Both the position numbers and the translations under genes were made by a program. The notes below the pieces were generated by a model that was not told where the DNA came from, did not search any database, and saw nothing but the letters and a program-made list of their open reading frames with translations. From positions 131,141-195,140 of the forward strand of contig CAVSZM010000006.1 in NCBI GenBank assembly GCA_963732455.1: a stretch of DNA of 64,000 nt. Reading direction: 5' to 3'. This DNA comes from an uncultured Alphaproteobacteria bacterium (GTDB lineage Bacteria; Pseudomonadota; Alphaproteobacteria; Rhizobiales; Xanthobacteraceae). Position 1 is the stretch's first letter. Every line of letters starts with the position of its first letter. Of the stretch, positions 58,924-64,000 are shown in pieces.

Positions 58924-59997
58924 ATGGCAAGCCCCTCTCTCATTCCGGCTGGCGACTACCGCACATCCTATGCGGCCGACACCACCATCTTTCCTACCAC
59001 GACCAGCCGCAATGCCGCGATTGTCGGCATCGTGCTGGTCTGCTTCGTCCCGCAGGTACTGACCGAATACTGGCTCAGCATCCTGATCCAGATCGGCATT
59101 TTTGCGATTGCTGCCCTCGGCCTGAATATTCTGGTCGGCTTTACCGGACAGATTTCGATCGGCCACGCCGCGTTCTTCCTGCTCGGCGCCTTTACCTCTG
59201 CCTACATCTCGAACACGCTGCCGATCCCGGTATTCTTCGCCATTCCGCTGGCTGGCGTCATCACGGCGCTGGTTGGCCTGATCTTCGGCCTGCCGGCGGC
59301 GCGGCTCAAAGGGCTTTATCTGGTCATCGCGACACTCGCCGCGCAATACATCCTGCTCGATTTCTTCTCGCGCGCCGACTGGTTCAGCGGCGGCTCGGTG
59401 CCGGCCAGCGCCAATCCGTTCTCGATCTTCGGCTACACGTTCCGCGGCGACCGGCAATATTTCTACGTCGTGCTCGCCTATCTGCTGGTCAGTTACTTGC
59501 TGGTGACCAACCTGATGCGCACCCGTGACGGGCGCGCATTGGTGGCGATCCGCGATCACTACCTCTCCGCGGAGATCATGGGAATCAATCTCACGAAATA
59601 CCGCACGCTGTCATTCGGCCTTGCGGCGTTCTTCGCGGGCATAGCGGGAGCGCTATATGCGCATTATCAGCTTGTGGTCTCGAATGAAGGTTTTGGAATC
59701 GAACGCTCGATCATTTTTCTGGCCATGGTCATTATCGGCGGCACCGGTTCGATCATGGGCACGCTGATGGGCACCGCCTTCGTGGTGCTGCTGCCGGAAT
59801 CGATGGAGTGGATCAGCGCCGGCCTGAAAGGCAGCGCCATCGACAAGGCGCTGTCGCTCAACACCAACATCACCTTCCTGCGCGAGATCGCGATCGGGCT
59901 GATCATCATCGCGTTTCTGATGTTCGAGCCTGATGGCCTCGCGCATCGGTGGCGGCAGATCAAGACCTACTGGAAACTCTACCCGTTTTCGCATTGA
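58924..59997 (+). CDS. Liv-type ABC permease (LivM-like)
   Basis: GFTGQISIGHAAF, RLKGLYLVIATLA, GRALVAIRD. Confidence 0.9.
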   Translation: MASPSLIPAGDYRTSYAADTTIFPTTTSRNAAIVGIVLVCFVPQVLTEYWLSILIQIGIFAIAALGLNILVGFTGQISIGHAAFFLLGAFTSAYISNTLPIPVFFAIPLAGVITALVGLIFGLPAARLKGLYLVIATLAAQYILLDFFSRADWFSGGSVPASANPFSIFGYTFRGDRQYFYVVLAYLLVSYLLVTNLMRTRDGRALVAIRDHYLSAEIMGINLTKYRTLSFGLAAFFAGIAGALYAHYQLVVSNEGFGIERSIIFLAMVIIGGTGSIMGTLMGTAFVVLLPESMEWISAGLKGSAIDKALSLNTNITFLREIAIGLIIIAFLMFEPDGLAHRWRQIKTYWKLYPFSH

Positions 59998-60053
59998 GGC
60001 GGCAACGGGACTGCTACAATCGGTACCAACGACCCCAACGGAGGAATGCAAAT

Positions 60054-61334
60054 ATGACTATGAAATCCCTATTGAGCACGGTTTCGCTCGCGCTGCTGAT
60101 CGGCGGCGGCTCGGTGACGGCGCAGGCCCAGATCGCCATCGGCCATCTCGCGGACTATTCCGGCGGCACGTCGGACGTCGGAACGCCGTACGGACAGGCC
60201 GTCGCGGACACTTTCGCCTGGGTCAACAAGAACGGCGGCGTCGGCGGCAAACAACTTAGTGTCGATACCAATGATTACGGTTATCAGGTGCCGCGCGCGA
60301 TCGCGCTCTACAAGAAATGGTCCGGCGGCGACAAGGTTGCGGCGATCATGGGCTGGGGTACCGCGGACACCGAGGCGCTGACCGGCTTCCTCGCGCAGGA
60401 CAAGATCCCCGATATTTCCGGCTCCTATGCCGCCGCGCTTTCCGATCCGGAAGGCACCAGTGGCAAGGCCAAGCCCGCTCCTTACAATTTCTTCTACGGG
60501 CCGACCTATTCGGACGCCATGAGGGCGATGCTGACCTGGGCGGCGGAGGACTGGAAAGCCAAGGGCAAACCCGGCAAGCCGAAGTTCGTTCATATGGGCG
60601 CCAACCATCCCTATCCCAATGCGCCCAAGGCGGCCGGCGAGGCTCTCGCCACCGAACTGGGATTTGAAGTGCTGCCGCCGCTGGTGTTCGCCTTGACGCC
60701 CGGCGATTACAGCGCCCAGTGCCTGAGCCTGAAGAGCGCCGGTGCAAACTACGCCTATCTCGGCAACACCGCAGCCTCGAACATCTCGGTGCTGAAGGCG
60801 TGCAAGACCGCCGGTGTCGACGTGCAGTTCTTGGGCAACGTCTGGGGCATGGATGAGAACGCCGCCAAGACGGCCGGCGACGCTGCGGACGGCGTAATCT
60901 TCCCGTTACGGACCGCCGTAGCCTGGGGCGGCAGCGCGCCGGGCATGAAGACCCTGATGGAAATTTCCAAAATGTCGGACCCGACCGGCAAGGTTTATCG
61001 TCCCGTGCACTATATAGCGGCCGTTTGCAGCGCGCTCTATTTGAAGGAAGCCCTCGACTGGGCCGCCAAGAACGGCGGCGCGACCGGCGAGAACGTAGCG
61101 AAAGGCTTCTACCAGAAGAAAGATTGGGTGCCGGCCGGTATGGAGGGCGTCTGCAATCCCTCGACCTGGACCGACAAGGATCATCGGCCGACGATGAAGG
61201 TCGATCTGTACCGGTCCAAGGTGACCGGTCCTACCGAAGGCGACATCAACGATCTCATGACCAAGGGCACCATCAAGCTGGAGAAGGTCAAGACCGTCGA
61301 GCTGCCGCGCAAGCCGGAATGGTTTGGCTGGTAA
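60054..61334 (+). CDS. ABC substrate-binding protein (Liv-type)
   Basis: SD GGAGGA, signal peptide, GWGTADTEAL, PYNFFYGPTYSD. Confidence 0.9.
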   Translation: MTMKSLLSTVSLALLIGGGSVTAQAQIAIGHLADYSGGTSDVGTPYGQAVADTFAWVNKNGGVGGKQLSVDTNDYGYQVPRAIALYKKWSGGDKVAAIMGWGTADTEALTGFLAQDKIPDISGSYAAALSDPEGTSGKAKPAPYNFFYGPTYSDAMRAMLTWAAEDWKAKGKPGKPKFVHMGANHPYPNAPKAAGEALATELGFEVLPPLVFALTPGDYSAQCLSLKSAGANYAYLGNTAASNISVLKACKTAGVDVQFLGNVWGMDENAAKTAGDAADGVIFPLRTAVAWGGSAPGMKTLMEISKMSDPTGKVYRPVHYIAAVCSALYLKEALDWAAKNGGATGENVAKGFYQKKDWVPAGMEGVCNPSTWTDKDHRPTMKVDLYRSKVTGPTEGDINDLMTKGTIKLEKVKTVELPRKPEWFGW

Positions 61335-61370
61335 GATAGCGGGTCATCCGTTAGCGAACCGGCTTGTTCA

Positions 61371-61403
61371 GCCGTCATCCCCGCGAAAGCGGGTGATGAC
61401 GGC
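61371..61403 (+). repeat. Hairpin derived from the GTCATCCCCGCGAAAGCGGG repeat family, after the SBP gene
   Basis: GCCGTCATC-c-CCGC-GAAA-GCGG-gt-GATGACGGC. Confidence 0.65.
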
Positions 61404-61441
61404 GGACACATTGCTTCACTGACGACCCCGGGGATCAGGAC

Positions 61442-62281
61442 ATGGCTGAAGCGACTGAAATCGATCGCCCGCCAACACCAGCAGCGCAAGCAATTGCGCT
61501 GCTCAGCGTGCGCAACATCGAGGTGGTCTATGACGACGTCATCCTGGTGCTGCGCGGGCTGAGCCTGGAGGTGCCAAAAGGCGCCATCGTTGCGCTGCTC
61601 GGCGCAAACGGCGCGGGCAAATCGACGACGCTGAAAGCAATCTCCGGATTGCTCAAGACCGAGGACGGCGAAGTCACCCGTGGCGAAATCGTCTTCGACG
61701 GCGAGCGCATCAACGGCATCGATCCCGACAAGATCGTCCGCCGCGGCATCTTTCAGGTGATGGAGGGCCGCCGCATCATCGCCGACATGACGTCGCTGGA
61801 AAACCTGAGGCTCGGCGCCTTCACCCGCCGCGACAAAGAGGTCGGCGCCGACATCGACATGGTCTACAATTATTTCCCGCGCCTGAAGGAGCGCACCGGC
61901 CTTGCCGGTTATCTCTCCGGCGGCGAGCAGCAGATGCTGGCGATCGGCCGCGCACTGATGGCGCGCCCGAAGATGATCCTGATGGACGAACCGTCGATGG
62001 GATTGTCGCCGCTCCTGGTCAAGGAAGTCTTCGCCATCATCAAGAAGATCAACCGCGACCTTGGCGTCACCATCCTGCTGGTGGAGCAGAATGCGCGCGC
62101 CGCGCTGTCGGTCGCGAGCCACGGCTACATCATGGAACAAGGCAAGGTGGTGCTCGACGGCAGCGCCGACGAATTGCGCGACAATGAGGACGTCAAGGAG
62201 TTCTACCTCGGCGGCGCCGGCGACCAGCGCAGGAGTTTCAAGAATCTGAAAAGCTTCAAGCGAAGGAAACGGTGGCTGTGA
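61442..62281 (+). CDS. Liv-type ABC ATP-binding protein (LivF-like)
   Basis: GANGAGKST, LSGGEQQM, DEPSMGL. Confidence 0.92.
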   Translation: MAEATEIDRPPTPAAQAIALLSVRNIEVVYDDVILVLRGLSLEVPKGAIVALLGANGAGKSTTLKAISGLLKTEDGEVTRGEIVFDGERINGIDPDKIVRRGIFQVMEGRRIIADMTSLENLRLGAFTRRDKEVGADIDMVYNYFPRLKERTGLAGYLSGGEQQMLAIGRALMARPKMILMDEPSMGLSPLLVKEVFAIIKKINRDLGVTILLVEQNARAALSVASHGYIMEQGKVVLDGSADELRDNEDVKEFYLGGAGDQRRSFKNLKSFKRRKRWL

Positions 62282-62303
62282 CTGGGTGGCTACCCTCCTT
62301 CCG

Positions 62304-62404
62304 CGTCATTCCGGGGCACACGAAGCGTGAACCCGGAATCTCGAGATTCCCCGATGTGCAGTGCATATCCGAGGTCTGGTCCTTCGGACCCTCCCGGAAC
62401 GACG
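62304..62404. repeat. REP-like palindromic element (GTCATTCCGGGG...CCCGGAAYGAC family)
   Basis: Terminal inverted repeats plus internal hairpins GGAATCTCGAGATTCC and GGTCCTTCGGACC. Confidence 0.75.
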
Positions 62405-62435
62405 TCGATCGAGCGCGAGCGCGACGGTGACGACC

Positions 62436-63668
62436 ATGACAAACCACTACGACGTGATCGAGACGCGCAAACCGGCCGAACGCGAGGCGGACCTGTTTTC
62501 GCGGCTGCCAGACGTGCTGCGCAAGGCGATGACGGCGCCGGCCTATGCCGAGCGCCTCAAGGGCATTAATCCCGCCGGGATCACCAGCAGGACCGCGCTG
62601 GCGCGCCTGCCGGTGCTGCGAAAATCCGATCTCCCTGCCCTGCACAGGGCCTCGCCGCCGTTCGGCGGCTTCGTCTCGGGGCATCCTGGTTCATTCGGGC
62701 GGCTTTTCACCTCGCCCGGTCCAATCTTCGAGCCTGAACCTGTCCATGCCGATCCCTGGCGCGGTGCGCGCGCGCTGTTTGCGGCGGGCTTCCGGCCGGG
62801 CGATGTGGTGCTGAACACTTTCAGCTATCACCTGACGCCGGGCGGCTTCATCTTCGATGCCTCCGCGCGCGCGCTCGGCTGCGCGGTTATCCCCGCCGGT
62901 CCCGGCAACACCGAAGCGCAATTCGAGCTGATCGAAGCGTATCGCCCGGTCGGCTACAGCGGCACGCCCGATTTCCTCAAAATCCTGCTCGACGCGGCTG
63001 CCGGCGCCGGGCGAGATATCTCCTCGATCAAGCGCGCGCTGGTGTCAGGAGCTGCGTTTCCGAAATCGCTGCAGGAGGAGATCAAGTCGCGCGGCATTGA
63101 TGCCTATCAGGCATTCGGTACCGCTGATCTCGGCCTGATCGCCTTTGAGACCCCAGCCCGCGAAGGAATGGTCGTCAACGAGGACCTGATCCTGGAAATC
63201 GTGCGGCCCGGCACCGGCGATCCCGTGGCCGAGGGCGACGTCGGCGAGATCGTCGTCACATCGCTTGACCCGCATCACCCCTGGATTCGCCTTGCGTTGG
63301 GCGATCTGACCGCTGCGCTGCCCGGCCCCAGCCCCTGCGGACGCAGCAACATGCGCATCAAGGGATGGATGGGCCGCGCCGACCAGACCACCAAGGTCAA
63401 AGGTATGTTCGTGCGGCCCGAACAGGTCGCCGAAATCGGCAAGCGACACCCCGAACTCGGGCGGCTGCGTCTCGTCGTCACGCGCGCCGGCGAGACCGAT
63501 GCGATGACGCTTAGGGCTGAGTGCAGCTCTCCGAGCGAGCCGCTTCGAGCTGAAATCGCCGCGACGCTGCGCGCGGTGACAAAACTGCAAGGCGCCGTCG
63601 ATCTCGTGGCCCCGGGTGGCCTGCCCAACGACGGCAAGGTCATAGCAGATGAACGGAAGCCGGTTTGA
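62436..63668 (+). CDS. Phenylacetate-CoA ligase (PaaK)-like AMP-forming ligase
   Basis: FTSPGPIFEP, FSYHLTPGG, YQAFGTADLG, GRADQTTKVKGMFV. In-frame GTG at 62427 is an alternative start. Confidence 0.88.
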   Translation: MTNHYDVIETRKPAEREADLFSRLPDVLRKAMTAPAYAERLKGINPAGITSRTALARLPVLRKSDLPALHRASPPFGGFVSGHPGSFGRLFTSPGPIFEPEPVHADPWRGARALFAAGFRPGDVVLNTFSYHLTPGGFIFDASARALGCAVIPAGPGNTEAQFELIEAYRPVGYSGTPDFLKILLDAAAGAGRDISSIKRALVSGAAFPKSLQEEIKSRGIDAYQAFGTADLGLIAFETPAREGMVVNEDLILEIVRPGTGDPVAEGDVGEIVVTSLDPHHPWIRLALGDLTAALPGPSPCGRSNMRIKGWMGRADQTTKVKGMFVRPEQVAEIGKRHPELGRLRLVVTRAGETDAMTLRAECSSPSEPLRAEIAATLRAVTKLQGAVDLVAPGGLPNDGKVIADERKPV

Positions 63669-63753
63669 TCGTTGTTAACGGTAATCGTGTGGATTAGAAC
63701 ACGCATCCAGGAGCCGCAACGCCATATGTCGCGATGGTACGTCGGGCGCTCGC

Positions 63754-64000
63754 ATGAATGATCAATCCACTGTGCTCGTGACCGGCGCCGATGGCTTCAT
63801 TGGACGCCATCTAGTACCTTATCTCGTTGCGCGAGGCTACAAGGTGATCGCCGCATCGAGGACGGCGTCTGCTTTCGAAGGCGCTGACATAGTCGCGGTC
63901 GCGCTTCCGGATCTGTCCGCACCTTTCGACTGGCAACCCTTACTGCAGCAGTGCGATGCCGTCGTCCATCTTGCCGGAGTCGCTCACACATTTGTCGACG
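63754..64000 (+). CDS. NAD-dependent epimerase/dehydratase, 5' part; runs off the right window edge
   Basis: Manual translation MNDQSTVLVTGADGFIGRHLV...DAVVHLAGVAH. Confidence 0.88.
   Translation, partial: MNDQSTVLVTGADGFIGRHLVPYLVARGYKVIAASRTASAFEGADIVAVALPDLSAPFDWQPLLQQCDAVVHLAGVAHTFVD

Overview
GC-rich alphaproteobacterial chromosome segment. Gene content and intergenic repeat families look Bradyrhizobiaceae-like (inference). Layout: (1) 1-22.8 kb, LPS/cell-envelope cluster (murJ, DegT plus Gfo/Idh/MocA pair resembling gnnB/gnnA, manC, UDP-glucuronate epimerase, MraY-like GT, complete ADP-heptose pathway hldE/hldD/waaF/gmhA/gmhB, lpcC, galE, MsbA-like ABC). It is interrupted by a ~3.7 kb phage-like module (XRE repressor, YqaJ exonuclease, ERF-DUF968 annealase, pseudogene) and by an orphan antitoxin plus Omp gene. 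(2) 22.8-40.9 kb, FAH hydrolase, a globin-coupled chemoreceptor whose proximal His is replaced by Asn, two flavin monooxygenases, ahcY-metK preceded by an HTH/SAM-methyltransferase-fold fusion gene, a MetE-core protein, a Liv-type ABC transporter, purU and HemD-like. (3) 40.9-64 kb, tandem-domain CoA transferase, gmd-fcl, a second Liv-type ABC, a TetR/Rieske oxygenase/enoyl-CoA hydratase/HCCA-isomerase module with a visible repeated operator, and a third ABC operon interleaved with two acyl-CoA ligases in which short ORFs bridge the gene junctions across palindromic repeats. Several single-base lesions (two +1 frameshifts, one nonsense codon, one probable compensated indel pair, one possible ATG>ATA) may be biological or assembly errors. 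No rRNA, tRNA, CRISPR, integrase or transposase was seen.
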